From: a virus
Taxonomy: Duplodnaviria > Caudoviricetes
IMG/VR virus record: IMGVR_UViG_3300043775_001559
Coordinates: 1-25,639 of that record
Reading direction: 5' to 3' (one strand)
DNA: 25,639 bases
The notes beneath the pieces are model-generated. The model made no database searches, was not told the origin of the DNA, and saw nothing but the letters and a program-made list of their open reading frames with translations. Shown here one piece after another: positions 8,183 through 18,031 of this stretch. Made by a program: the position numbers and the translations under genes. Position 1 is the stretch's first letter, and each line of letters starts with the position of its first letter.

Positions 8183-11100
8183 TTAAGCCTGAGCTTCACC
8201 CCAACGTAAAATTAGGTTAACATTAGTAGCAGATCCGCTGACCTTGTAAACGTTGATAGCCAATGTATCAGGACCATTAGGGAACGTACCTCTACCGCCG
8301 ATAGCAGTGGTTCCTAATTCTTTCAATTGTGACAGATCTAGCACATCGGTAGCTCCGGGATTACTGATGAATGAAAATACCTGTTCGCCTGGCAGGGCAT
8401 ACGCAGCACCAAATTGGAATGTTACTGTTCCCGCTGCAGACGCAGTAGACGATAAAGTTTGACTGAAGTTAACTCTATAAACTGTAGTGGCGCCTAAGCT
8501 TCTTGCAGTGATACCAGTGACTGTTGTACCGGCTGGAAACTTAGTATCAGTAGTAGCTACTCGAGTGCTCAATGCTGCTCCAGATGCTTCCCAGCTTGTA
8601 CTGGTAAAGAATACATAGTTTGAACCGCTGTAGCTGGCCGCAGTTTGGAAAGCGGTTATGGTCATACTTTGAGTTCCTGCTCCGCTTGGACTATCGCTCG
8701 ATCCGCTGCTGCTGAGACTCAACAACGAATACGTGGTGCTGGATGTTTTAAAGTATGCAGTAGTGATACTGTTAATAGTTCTAGCACTGGACATATATGT
8801 AGCATTGCTCACAGTGTCGTTGATAGCTAATCCCGAACTGGTCACTGCTGAATCAGCAATCAATATCGAGCTCCTGCTAGTCCTGATCGCTCTGTTATAT
8901 TCAGCTGCGATAGAACTAGTCACTGTAAAAGTCACATCTGTATTGCTAGATGAAGATGTTTGAATATCTTCATCGAAGACGATTCTGGTATAATTTGTTC
9001 CGCTAACTGTGACATAATTTCGCTGTATCTGAGAAATATTCGTGTTATTTCTAAATGCTCCGCTGCTGGCATTGCTTAATTCATCTCCTACTGCGATCGT
9101 AGTGCCTGCAGCATCGAAATCGGTAGTTCTTACAAATAGCTCTCTTCTGGAGTCGCTAGAACCATTATCTATAGCAAGGTTGTTACTGAAAGCGCCTCTG
9201 CTTTGATAAGGATTGTTTGGTGCTACGTCCGGATCCCACCAACGTGCAGTCAATGTTTGAGTTATCGCATTAAATGACACAGCGTTGGCTGTGGTAGTTA
9301 GGGCTCCTTGTACTGTAGCAGTACTGGTAGTCGAGCTTGCTCCCCAGTCTACTGAACCACCTAGGGCGACCTGTGCAAAACTAGGTTGTCCACCGGCGGC
9401 TGCTGCCTGTAGACCGTTCCAGGTAATTTTACTTGGGTCGATTGGATAATTTGTTGGATTCAAAATACCCTCAACAACAATCGCGCCGCCGCCTGAGACA
9501 GTGTCGGAAGTGATAGATAACTGTGACAGTAATAATTGTGCTCGATTTAATAGTTCTCTTTCTCCTAGATCACCGACTACAGCATTGCTAACGCTGGGAG
9601 CCAATCTAATGAAGAATGCGGTCTTTTTATCTAGAGTAGCTGAAACTCCCGTAGCAGCGTAGTTAAAAATGTATCCTCGATCAGAATCAAAGTTTCCATC
9701 TATTAGATAAGCGGAACCCCAGTGGCTGATAATTGGACTGGTTGTACAGGAAACCAAAACAGCTCCTGCTCGACTATCGTGTGCTGCTGCATCACCTGCT
9801 GTGTAAGTTCGTACCGCGCCTGCAGCATAATTTGTTAAGCTGGCCGAACGTGTACATCCAGTTAGATAATTTTGACTAACACTCCTGCCGCTGAAACTGA
9901 TAAGTTCGTTATCCACATACACAGTTCCGCTGTTAGGAAAATCTGATACATCATCTAGTTCTAGAAAATTTTGCTCATCGCTGATGGATGCTGCTAATCT
10001 AGATCTTGCGCTTTCGTTTAAAACTTCATATCTCACTGGTCCGTTACCAGTTCTCATATAAGCTTCTGAGTTTAAGTTATTACCTTTTAATCTATGACAG
10101 AATACATAATCGCCGTTTGGTCCTCTTAGCATCCAGTCAATAAATCCAGCACCGTACCAGCTGAACTGTATACCAATCATCTGCATCTTTGTAACATCAA
10201 TGTTATATCCCGAAGGTCCAGTACCGTCGCATTTATCTAGGTTCCATTGTGATTGAGGAATGATTAGGTCTTGGACCTTACAAACTTTTACACCTGATAT
10301 ATTACTAACTCCTCTGAAATCAGGAGTCACATACATACTGGTATTAGAATCAATCTTAGAAACAACGTGTGTCATTCCTCTAATAACGATCCTATCGCCT
10401 TCTTGTAATTGGTCTCTAAATCTACTGTTAGTTCCTGTTACCGTGTTACTGTTAGAATTGATAGCTATAGTTCCGGCAATTTGGAAAGTGCTGGTTCTCC
10501 TTCCTACGGATAATTGATTTCCGTCGTATTGGAAGAAGATCCCGTTCTGATCGTCAAACGGTCCCGACCTAACCACTGCTCCGTGCCAGTTAAGCAGAGA
10601 CATCTGGCATTGAGATCCGATAGTTGCAGTGGTGCTGCCTAGCTGTGTTAAGGCTGTGACTCTAAATGTTCTTTCATCTTCGATTTCCGTTACGGTGTAA
10701 TCTCCGTTATAACCTGTTGTTTGAAGCCCGCTTAGTCTAACTCTTGCACCTGCCTGCACACCGTGATCCACATCGTCGGTGACCACAGTGATTATTGCTC
10801 CTTGAGCTGTGCTGGCTGCGGTAACTGACCTTAGATCGTAGCTAGGTGCAAACAATGCACCGGTGTTGTACATAGCTCCTTTACCAGACTGGTATCGTAT
10901 GTATTTTTTACTCTGACGTATTGCCTGTCCGCCGTGCTGGGGACCTCCTGTGCCTAATTGAACACCACCGTCAAACGGTCTATGAGTAAAGAATGTATCT
11001 GGTCTTACATACACTGTTCCTAATACTGGTGTTGATGTACTTACAGTACCCGGAGCTCTACAGGTATATTGTATGCTGGTCAAACTGGGGATGGCTTCTA

Positions 11101-14100
11101 CTGAGAAAGGGCCCGCAGCCAGTTGATGATTGGTTCCAGCACTTGAAATAGCAACGTTTATAGAATTTCCTGGAACTAATCCGTGATTAGAAGCGAAATC
11201 TATTTGTATAATAGCGATGGCGCTGTATGTAATAGAGCTGCTTGCATTGACATTAGCGGTAGTATTTGCCGATATAGTAATAGTATTGTAAATAGGAATT
11301 TGATCACCTCTGGCCGCAGTTCCTGATACGCTTACTCCTGCTAGTTCGGTTCCGCTGACTGAAGTCACTGTAATAAAGACATCGTTAGTAGGCGAAGTAC
11401 CTTCAAAGTTTGTTCCTGCTACTTTATATCTATTTCCTACGTAATATTTGCTAGATCCTGTAGTTGGGAAGGTAGAACATTCATAACTGCCGGCTGCTCG
11501 ATCGATAGTGAAATTTCCGCCGCCTGTGCCTCTGGCTCCTGTGCTAAATGCTTCGATATCTGTAAAAGAAGCAGTACCTGTGCCCGTGCCTTGGATGATC
11601 GTTACCGCAGTTACAGCACCAACAGACACAGTGTCAACGTTGAGATATAGATCGTTGGTAGGCGAAGTGCCACCTAGATTATCTCCTGTGATCAACAGAG
11701 TATCGCCTTGTTGCCAATCTGTTCCGCCACCAGACCCGCCGATACCGCCCACAGAGTAAGTGCCGGCAGTGACATTAATATTTAGAAAGCAATTAGATCC
11801 AGATGGTGTCACAGTTGATAAACTTCCAGTATAACTACTTTCGTCTCCGGTATGTCCTACGGTCACAGAACCGCTAAGATTGAGTGTGGTTCCAACTATT
11901 GAAGTGATTTCTCTTAATAGATTAGTCGCTGCTTCATTACCTACGGCCATTCCAGCTTCTAAACCTAACGTATCAATAACGTCAATGGCTGTGGCACCTG
12001 GAGAGTATGTAGTTCTTACAAATTTATAATCTTGAATACCGTCACTGTTGATATCTCCAAAAATACCAGTTACCTGTGTACCTGTGGCTATTCCTGTTCC
12101 GGATAACGGAGATCCGACCGGCGGAGGAGTGCCTACATATGACAGTGTATTGCCGCCGCTTTCTGTTCTCAACGCTGCTGTGGTCAGTGTTCCGCTAGAT
12201 CCATTTGATGCTACTGAGATAGAAGCTGTACCTACTGATGCACCTGAATAAAATCCTGCTTGGCGAAGCTGACTGTTTGATGTGGCCAATACCTGACCCG
12301 ACGATGTTCCTACTTTGGCTTTAGCGTAGTATCTAAAAACTGCTGTAGATGGTACATCAAAAATTAAAAAAGTTCCTTCTGCTCTGGCAAATCCTGTGAT
12401 CGATGACGAAAGAGCTCTAAGGGTAATTGGTGTTCCTGCAGTTAAGCCATGACTAGATTGAGTAGTAACAGATATTAAACTGGCACCAACTCCGCTGGTT
12501 GGGGTGCTGGCATCTGTGGTAATGTTACTGACCGGAATATCCGAAGCACTTAATTCGTAGGTTGACGGATACCCGCGTTGTGTACCAATCGCTTGCCACT
12601 TAGTAGGTTGTAGACCGTATTCAAAGTCAGCATCAAGCATGGCCTGAGGTTGTGCCACACGCATACGTTCGATAGCATCTGTGCCAAAATCATACGGTCT
12701 TACTTTAAGTTCTGTATTTTCTAAAAATACCTGAATGCTGTCTGTAGACGACATCGAACTGGTATCGTTTTTGAATTTAATTACTGTAACACCGTTGTTT
12801 ACCGATAGTGCGTTCGGATACGCATCTGAATTACCTTCAGTAAATGTTACAGTTGCACCTTTAGTTGGTTCAGCAAAGTTGTAGATTACGACGTTATCTG
12901 TGACGTTTGATATCAACAATAGATCTTCTAATTCTATCTTACCTAAAACTTCAACTCTACCCACTGCTACTTCTTCTTCAGGTAAAGAACTCAAACCGTT
13001 TTGTATAACACTGATAATGTAACCTAATAATTCTTCAACTCGGTCAGCTGGTCCCGATTCTGTGGCTAGATCGTTATCGATTACCTGTATTTCTATATCT
13101 TGCTCTGGATTGGCATCTAATTGATTTTCTAAAATATAGAGCATTATGAGATCTTGTGCGAATTCATAAGCATCATATTCAGGAAATCTAGTTCCGTCGA
13201 TTTGAGGAATGTCTCCATCCCAATACTGGCTGGCTACGAATCTAATTTCTTCGTTGCCGCCATATCTTAAATCGTGCAGTAATGCATCTATGACATACCC
13301 GGTATCTCTTTCACATTTGACTTGATCGTATACATAACCAGTATATCCAACAGCAGTGGTAACGATGGTGGTTCTAGCAGAGTCGATAGCTGTTTTAGCA
13401 CTTTGTAATCCTGCTGCTGCCCAGGTAACATCTGGCAGTGTTCTTCCATAACCTGCTAGTACAGCCAGTGCTGCTGCTTGGTTAGCTGCATTGATTACAT
13501 CTGCTGTGATCTGCACTAGGTTTTCTAATATTGTCGCTTCACCTGCATCGGCATTTGATCCAGATGTGTTTTGAGTCAGTGCATTGCCTGTGCTGACTGT
13601 TACTGTATCTCCTCTTGCTACTTGGCCTACGATTGTTTTTAATCTTCCGTAGGCTGCTACTGTTGCTACTTGGTGCGTTGGATCAATACCTGGGCCGCCA
13701 GCAGCGAATCCGTAGAAGAAAAATTTAGCCTGATCATAAGTAGCACTGTTTCCGCCATAGAGTATATCATAGCATAGAGCATTGACAGCGTATTTTACAT
13801 CTCGAGTACACTTAGCAACGTCGTGGTCAGCAGCTGGATAGTTTACTGCTACCCAAGCGTTTACTTCGGCAGCTAAGAAATTTATATTTGCAACTAATCT
13901 ATCTTTAGCAGCTACTTCGCTGGCAGTGGATCCTGATGTGGGTGTTGTAAAGGTTATTGCATCTGCAGAATTTCTTCCGTTAGTAGCTATATCTATAACT
14001 TCATTGAAAAAAGAATTTACTCTAGTTACTGCTGTAGCATTTGATGCTACTGAACTTATGGTTAAAATATAATTTCTTGCTCTGTTAATCGTTCTTACTA

Positions 14101-14380
14101 CAGTCTCTGAAATATCAACAGAGTTATATTCAGCAAGACCCTGGAAAACAGAATTATAATTTGTTCCTAACGTTAGATCAAAACCAACAGCATCTACTAG
14201 ATATTCGATGTCTCTTTCACATTTTTCAGCACTGTCTACTTGATTGTCTATAAATGCAACGATTTCTTTGATAATGAATTGTCGATTCTGATTAATTAAA
14301 CTCCAACCTTCTGGATAAAGGTTAGCGTCTAAGCTTACACCGGGTGTAAAAACATAATTTTTTACGAGTTTCTTTGCCAT
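8183..14380 (-). CDS. Large virion structural protein (2065 aa; probably tail fiber or baseplate associated)
   Basis: Long G/S/T-rich ORF with an AGGA RBS. The helical N-terminal part has three KCxRD repeats. It also has three HG[LV]xxG beta modules, two GTSPTND modules and a likely beta-sandwich core (QMIGIQFSWYGAG). Confidence 0.8.
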   Translation of the reverse strand: MAKKLVKNYVFTPGVSLDANLYPEGWSLINQNRQFIIKEIVAFIDNQVDSAEKCERDIEYLVDAVGFDLTLGTNYNSVFQGLAEYNSVDISETVVRTINRARNYILTISSVASNATAVTRVNSFFNEVIDIATNGRNSADAITFTTPTSGSTASEVAAKDRLVANINFLAAEVNAWVAVNYPAADHDVAKCTRDVKYAVNALCYDILYGGNSATYDQAKFFFYGFAAGGPGIDPTHQVATVAAYGRLKTIVGQVARGDTVTVSTGNALTQNTSGSNADAGEATILENLVQITADVINAANQAAALAVLAGYGRTLPDVTWAAAGLQSAKTAIDSARTTIVTTAVGYTGYVYDQVKCERDTGYVIDALLHDLRYGGNEEIRFVASQYWDGDIPQIDGTRFPEYDAYEFAQDLIMLYILENQLDANPEQDIEIQVIDNDLATESGPADRVEELLGYIISVIQNGLSSLPEEEVAVGRVEVLGKIELEDLLLISNVTDNVVIYNFAEPTKGATVTFTEGNSDAYPNALSVNNGVTVIKFKNDTSSMSSTDSIQVFLENTELKVRPYDFGTDAIERMRVAQPQAMLDADFEYGLQPTKWQAIGTQRGYPSTYELSASDIPVSNITTDASTPTSGVGASLISVTTQSSHGLTAGTPITLRALSSSITGFARAEGTFLIFDVPSTAVFRYYAKAKVGTSSGQVLATSNSQLRQAGFYSGASVGTASISVASNGSSGTLTTAALRTESGGNTLSYVGTPPPVGSPLSGTGIATGTQVTGIFGDINSDGIQDYKFVRTTYSPGATAIDVIDTLGLEAGMAVGNEAATNLLREITSIVGTTLNLSGSVTVGHTGDESSYTGSLSTVTPSGSNCFLNINVTAGTYSVGGIGGSGGGTDWQQGDTLLITGDNLGGTSPTNDLYLNVDTVSVGAVTAVTIIQGTGTGTASFTDIEAFSTGARGTGGGNFTIDRAAGSYECSTFPTTGSSKYYVGNRYKVAGTNFEGTSPTNDVFITVTSVSGTELAGVSVSGTAARGDQIPIYNTITISANTTANVNASSSITYSAIAIIQIDFASNHGLVPGNSINVAISSAGTNHQLAAGPFSVEAIPSLTSIQYTCRAPGTVSTSTPVLGTVYVRPDTFFTHRPFDGGVQLGTGGPQHGGQAIRQSKKYIRYQSGKGAMYNTGALFAPSYDLRSVTAASTAQGAIITVVTDDVDHGVQAGARVRLSGLQTTGYNGDYTVTEIEDERTFRVTALTQLGSTTATIGSQCQMSLLNWHGAVVRSGPFDDQNGIFFQYDGNQLSVGRRTSTFQIAGTIAINSNSNTVTGTNSRFRDQLQEGDRIVIRGMTHVVSKIDSNTSMYVTPDFRGVSNISGVKVCKVQDLIIPQSQWNLDKCDGTGPSGYNIDVTKMQMIGIQFSWYGAGFIDWMLRGPNGDYVFCHRLKGNNLNSEAYMRTGNGPVRYEVLNESARSRLAASISDEQNFLELDDVSDFPNSGTVYVDNELISFSGRSVSQNYLTGCTRSASLTNYAAGAVRTYTAGDAAAHDSRAGAVLVSCTTSPIISHWGSAYLIDGNFDSDRGYIFNYAATGVSATLDKKTAFFIRLAPSVSNAVVGDLGERELLNRAQLLLSQLSITSDTVSGGGAIVVEGILNPTNYPIDPSKITWNGLQAAAAGGQPSFAQVALGGSVDWGASSTTSTATVQGALTTTANAVSFNAITQTLTARWWDPDVAPNNPYQSRGAFSNNLAIDNGSSDSRRELFVRTTDFDAAGTTIAVGDELSNASSGAFRNNTNISQIQRNYVTVSGTNYTRIVFDEDIQTSSSSNTDVTFTVTSSIAAEYNRAIRTSRSSILIADSAVTSSGLAINDTVSNATYMSSARTINSITTAYFKTSSTTYSLLSLSSSGSSDSPSGAGTQSMTITAFQTAASYSGSNYVFFTSTSWEASGAALSTRVATTDTKFPAGTTVTGITARSLGATTVYRVNFSQTLSSTASAAGTVTFQFGAAYALPGEQVFSFISNPGATDVLDLSQLKELGTTAIGGRGTFPNGPDTLAINVYKVSGSATNVNLILRWGEAQA

Positions 14381-14389
14381 TTGTTTTCC

Positions 14390-15859
14390 TTAAACTCCGA
14401 ACGCTATTGAATAAGCTAAAACTGCTGCATCTACATAAGACTTTGTTGTAAGATGAGATGCTACTGTAGGGGATGCTGCGCTGCTGACTGTTCCTGTGAC
14501 ATTCACAGTTCCGCCAATACCCACTCCTCCTGCTACTACAACAGCACCTGTTGTAGCAGAACTTGAAGTAGTTGATGCAGTAAATTTATTTGTGGCACCA
14601 CCTACATTTATCTGTCCTTGTATGCCCACACCGCCAGTAATTTTTACAGCGCCGGTGGTAGTTGTCGTCGACACTGTGTTGTTAGTAAATGTTACAACAC
14701 CAGCACCTATTAAAGTAGGAATATTTACTGTGGTTGTAGCAACATTGAAAGTAAAGCTGCCGTCGCCGCCGAACGATCCGCTGTCATTAAATTGAATATG
14801 AGTATTTGACCCGCCCGGAGGAGTTGAGCCGCCTGCGCCACCACTGGCACTGGCCCAGCTTAACACTCCTGCGCCATTGGTTCTTAAAAACTGTCCAGAA
14901 TCACCGTCTGTGGCAGGCAGTGTCCAAATAAGATTTGATCCAATGGTCGCAGGGGATTTAAATCCTACATAATTGCTGTTATCTTCATCATAAAATCTTA
15001 ATTCAGATCTTGTTCTTAACGATAAAAATTCATCTTCTACGGCTAAATGACCTCCTATGTAAAGATCATCTAAAATACCAACACCACCTGATACCCTTAA
15101 AGCACCTGTTATAGAACTTGTACTAACAGTTGTTGCTGTGATCAATATAGGGTTAGGTACAGTTCCGCCGCTGAATCCGCTGAACGACAACGGTTCCCAT
15201 CTATTGTTAGCAGTGCTCCAGGCTAATACCTGTGCATTTGTTGGATTCGTTACAACGACATCGCCTAGGCCGTCTAAGTTATGATTAGCAATAGTACTGA
15301 CTTGACCGGTAACATTCCCAGTGACATTTCCCTGTAAGTTACCAGTGACATTTCCCTGTAAGTTACCAGTAAACCCTGTACTTGCAGAAACAGTAGTCAC
15401 TGACAGTGCTGTGATATTAGCCAGTTCCCAAGATGTGCCGTTCCACTTCCAAGTGGTCGCGCCATCGGTGTGGGTTTGATTTAATGTAGGGCTGCTGGGA
15501 AAATTAATGGCTGCTACGCCTGAGGCCGCTGATCCAAAATAGAAAGATGGGGATTGCACCCATTGAGAACTAGATCCGTCATTGTAATAAACGAATAGTT
15601 TTCCGTTGGCTGTGTTAAACCATAAATTTCCGGGTTTTACATTTGTGCTAGGTGGGGTCAGTCCCGGAGTAGCTCCCAGTGACCCTTCGACATTATCGAG
15701 GTCGGCTCGTAACAAAGCTATACCGCCAGCTAGATCTCCGGAATAAATCCTAACGGTTCCAGTTTCACTGTCGTATAGAATTTCTCCTCTAGATCCTACT
15801 TTTCTATCTAGAAAATCTGTGCCGTAGGGCGTTAATCTTAGGATGTCAATCGATTGCAT
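14390..15859 (-). CDS. Tail fiber-like structural protein, 489 aa
   Basis: PGNLWFNT..KLFVYY and WKWNGTSW modules, GNLQGNVT repeats, three TGAxxxxGGVGI repeats, a WTLPATDG module and a C-terminal HLTTKSYVD...AYSIAFG. Confidence 0.75.
   Translation of the reverse strand: MQSIDILRLTPYGTDFLDRKVGSRGEILYDSETGTVRIYSGDLAGGIALLRADLDNVEGSLGATPGLTPPSTNVKPGNLWFNTANGKLFVYYNDGSSSQWVQSPSFYFGSAASGVAAINFPSSPTLNQTHTDGATTWKWNGTSWELANITALSVTTVSASTGFTGNLQGNVTGNLQGNVTGNVTGQVSTIANHNLDGLGDVVVTNPTNAQVLAWSTANNRWEPLSFSGFSGGTVPNPILITATTVSTSSITGALRVSGGVGILDDLYIGGHLAVEDEFLSLRTRSELRFYDEDNSNYVGFKSPATIGSNLIWTLPATDGDSGQFLRTNGAGVLSWASASGGAGGSTPPGGSNTHIQFNDSGSFGGDGSFTFNVATTTVNIPTLIGAGVVTFTNNTVSTTTTTGAVKITGGVGIQGQINVGGATNKFTASTTSSSATTGAVVVAGGVGIGGTVNVTGTVSSAASPTVASHLTTKSYVDAAVLAYSIAFGV
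15318..15370 (-). repeat. 24-bp exact tandem repeat (about 2.2 copies) encoding GNLQGNVT
   Basis: ccagtgacatttccctgtaagtta twice, followed by ccagt. Confidence 0.9.
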
Positions 15860-15864
15860 AGTCT

Positions 15865-15909
15865 TATTTATCAGATGATATTAATTCAATTTTTCGAGAT
15901 CCATAAATA
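15865..15909. promoter_or_regulatory. Divergent late promoter motifs
   Basis: TAAATA-agact-ATG on the minus strand (15870-15865) and TAAATA-ttcgact-ATG on the plus strand (15904-15909). Confidence 0.6.
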
Positions 15910-15916
15910 TTCGACT

Positions 15917-16192
15917 ATGTCCAAATCATCGAAAACGATTAAAATTTATGATAAAAATTCAGACAGTATAAATCCTATTTTTGTCAAAGGGAACAGAATC
16001 GTAATTAAAAAATATCAGCACATTTTAGATAAAATCAAGGAAGATTTTAACAAAACCAAGGAACTCAAAAAGCTTTGGCTAGAAGAATTTAACGCTAAAT
16101 TGGTTACAGATCGTAGTACCAACAAATGGCGAGAAATTAAATTCGGGGATATAAAAGATAAGACGATATTTCTTTTTAGGATTATTGATTAG
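15917..16192 (+). CDS. Hypothetical basic protein, 91 aa
   Basis: AT-rich ORF filling the gap, with its ATG 7 nt after TAAATA. Ends LWLEEFNA...IKFGDIKDKTIFLFRI. Confidence 0.6.
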   Translation: MSKSSKTIKIYDKNSDSINPIFVKGNRIVIKKYQHILDKIKEDFNKTKELKKLWLEEFNAKLVTDRSTNKWREIKFGDIKDKTIFLFRIID

Positions 16193-16535
16193 GGTCTACC
16201 CAGATCTGCTTGCTTTCTAGAGTCACTCCGAGATCTTTGCATCTGTTGATCACTTGATCTACAGCATCGGGTCCAAAAAATTTTTCTATACCATTTTGCA
16301 TATCCATGAACAGGTTATATGTAATTATATAAAATTCTGTATGAGGATGCCACGCAGCATACACTCCTAGATTCCCTTCTTCAAAATGCAACTCTTCCCA
16401 GATATCTATATCATCGATAGTCGGAGTCCTGGTATCTTTCCAGGGTTCGGAAACGGGCAGTGATTTTATCTGAGGATCAAATATACCGCTATGCCAGGGA
16501 GAATTTAAAATATTTTCAAATCTTTTAAATCTCAT
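16182..16535 (-). CDS. Hypothetical protein, paralog of 16536..16976
   Basis: IDDIDIWEELH..GNLGVYAAWHPHTEFYIIT...IEKFFGP...IWVD aligns with the neighbouring ORF. The ATG directly follows the upstream stop. Confidence 0.8.
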   Translation of the reverse strand: MRFKRFENILNSPWHSGIFDPQIKSLPVSEPWKDTRTPTIDDIDIWEELHFEEGNLGVYAAWHPHTEFYIITYNLFMDMQNGIEKFFGPDAVDQVINRCKDLGVTLESKQIWVDPNQ

Positions 16536-16976
16536 TTATATGATAATTTTTGCAGGAACTGGTGTCGGTGTTGATTGATACAACCAAAGCTCGCTGTCGT
16601 CTACCCAGATTTTATGAGTTTCTAAAACCATATTAAAATCTCTAGCACGTTTTAAAACTTTTTGTTGAGCGCCTGGACCGTAATAGGTTTCTATTTTTCT
16701 TTGATTGACATACTCTTCTGGACGTTTAGGATACCATCCTGTGGTGATCATATAAAACTCTGCGTACGGAGACCAAGAGACGTAAACTCCAAGCCCGCCA
16801 GACGATTCATGTAAAACTTCCCAAATATCAACATCTTCTATCTGCATCTCCCTATCATAGGTCCACTGGGTCTGTGGAGGGAAAGTCGGTCGATCAGAAT
16901 CGTAGATATTGCGATTATGTAATTCGTCGTAATCTGGGCGTTGAAGTATCGTATAGGTCGTTTTAAATTGTGCCAT
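16536..16976 (-). CDS. Hypothetical protein, paralog of 16182..16535
   Basis: IEDVDIWEVLH..GGLGVYVSWSPYAEFYMIT...IETYYGP...IWVD. The ATG is 1 nt after the stop of the Gly-rich gene. Confidence 0.8.
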   Translation of the reverse strand: MAQFKTTYTILQRPDYDELHNRNIYDSDRPTFPPQTQWTYDREMQIEDVDIWEVLHESSGGLGVYVSWSPYAEFYMITTGWYPKRPEEYVNQRKIETYYGPGAQQKVLKRARDFNMVLETHKIWVDDSELWLYQSTPTPVPAKIII

Positions 16977-16977
16977 A

Positions 16978-17931
16978 TTAAGGGAAAGTATATCTAACGA
17001 TGATCACTCCAGGACTTCCATTGCCACCAACAGGTCCCGGTGCTGCACCACCACCACCACCGCCACCACCTCGGTTATCTCCACCGGCTTGAGGTGCTGG
17101 CTGACCTGCGTTGCTCTGCGGAGAGGATGGTCCGCCACCAATACCTCCCACGCTAGAGCCACCTGATCCGCCTTGCGGGCCTCTCGGAACGCTGCCACCG
17201 CCACCGCCACCGCCTGAATATACTAAAGAGTTAACAGGCCAAGTTGTGCCGCTGCCGCCTGGACCACCATTACCACCCGGAGTTGGATTACCGCCGCCAC
17301 CTGAGCCGCCGCCACCTGCTGCATAAAAAGTACCAGATGATCCTCCCGGATTTCCTTGTCCCGGGGTTCCACTCCCTGGTGAAGAAGGGTTAGCGCCTGC
17401 ACCACCTCCAGATCCGCCAGGATTAGCATTAGCACTAGGACTACCGCCGCCGCCGCCACCGGTGGATGTTACGGGAGCTGGGCCGCCAAATGTGGTGTCA
17501 CCGCCTTGGTAAGTGGCTCCTGGGTTACGTGTGTTTGGAGGAGCGCCGGGGCCGCCAGTTCCGACACTGGTAGGATAGGTTCCTGCACCCAGTGTCACAG
17601 TTCCAGAAGCATATCCGCCTGCGCCACCACCACCGCCTGCGCCAGCATCGCCGATATCGCAGCCACCGCCACCGCCTGCACCGATCACAAGATAATCTGC
17701 TGATTTAGTAGACGATCCTGATGTGAGCGCGATTTTATCTGCGTACTGTTGATATTTAGGATTAAGTAGAACTTTTAATTCGCTTTGTCCTCTGAGAAAT
17801 GTATGAATTCTGTATCCGCCTGCGGTAACTACAGAATCTCCACCTTCTATAATCCATAGATCTTTTGGTAGATCTACGGTATTTGGTTGTTCTTGTAGAT
17901 GATTTTTTCTAATGCTAGTTATAAATGGCAT
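16978..17931 (-). CDS. Glycine/proline-rich virion protein (polyglycine-II type domain, putative fiber tip/adhesin)
   Basis: Typical phage Gly-rich domain: GGYRIHTF...DYLVIGAGGGGG...GAGGGGGAGGY...VGTGG...YSGGGGGG...GNGSPGVIIVRY. GGGAG RBS. Confidence 0.8.
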   Translation of the reverse strand: MPFITSIRKNHLQEQPNTVDLPKDLWIIEGGDSVVTAGGYRIHTFLRGQSELKVLLNPKYQQYADKIALTSGSSTKSADYLVIGAGGGGGCDIGDAGAGGGGGAGGYASGTVTLGAGTYPTSVGTGGPGAPPNTRNPGATYQGGDTTFGGPAPVTSTGGGGGGSPSANANPGGSGGGAGANPSSPGSGTPGQGNPGGSSGTFYAAGGGGSGGGGNPTPGGNGGPGGSGTTWPVNSLVYSGGGGGGGSVPRGPQGGSGGSSVGGIGGGPSSPQSNAGQPAPQAGGDNRGGGGGGGGAAPGPVGGNGSPGVIIVRYTFP

Positions 17932-17952
17932 TGGTTAACTCCCGTGATATGA

Positions 17953-18025
17953 TATTTATCTATTAAACTGATGAACATATTACAGTTTCTATTTATCGTT
18001 TTTTAGCGGTTCGCAGTGTTAAATA
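17953..18025. promoter_or_regulatory. Divergent control region: two TAAATA motifs on the minus strand and one on the plus strand
   Basis: GATAAATA twice on the minus strand (TAAATA at 17958-17953 and 17995-17990), facing the Gly-rich gene. TAAATA at 18020-18025 lies 6 nt before the first oxygenase ATG. Confidence 0.55.
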
Positions 18026-18031
18026 AAAGCC

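Noticed and set aside
13245-14235. Calling the host a cyanobacterium from the KCxRD motifs and 2OG oxygenases
   Set aside because: There are no photosynthesis genes in the window, and these features are not host-diagnostic.
8253-14795. Several 60-100 aa plus-strand ORFs (also 23306..23524 and 24962..25282)
   Set aside because: They are antisense shadows of G/T/S-rich structural genes.
17004-17703. Poly-Pro and Ala/Val-rich ORFs in alternative frames
   Set aside because: They are shadows of the GGN-rich glycine codons of 16978..17931.
16978-17931. Collagen-like protein
   Set aside because: There is no sustained Gly-X-Y periodicity; the pattern is Gly runs with Pro-containing loops.
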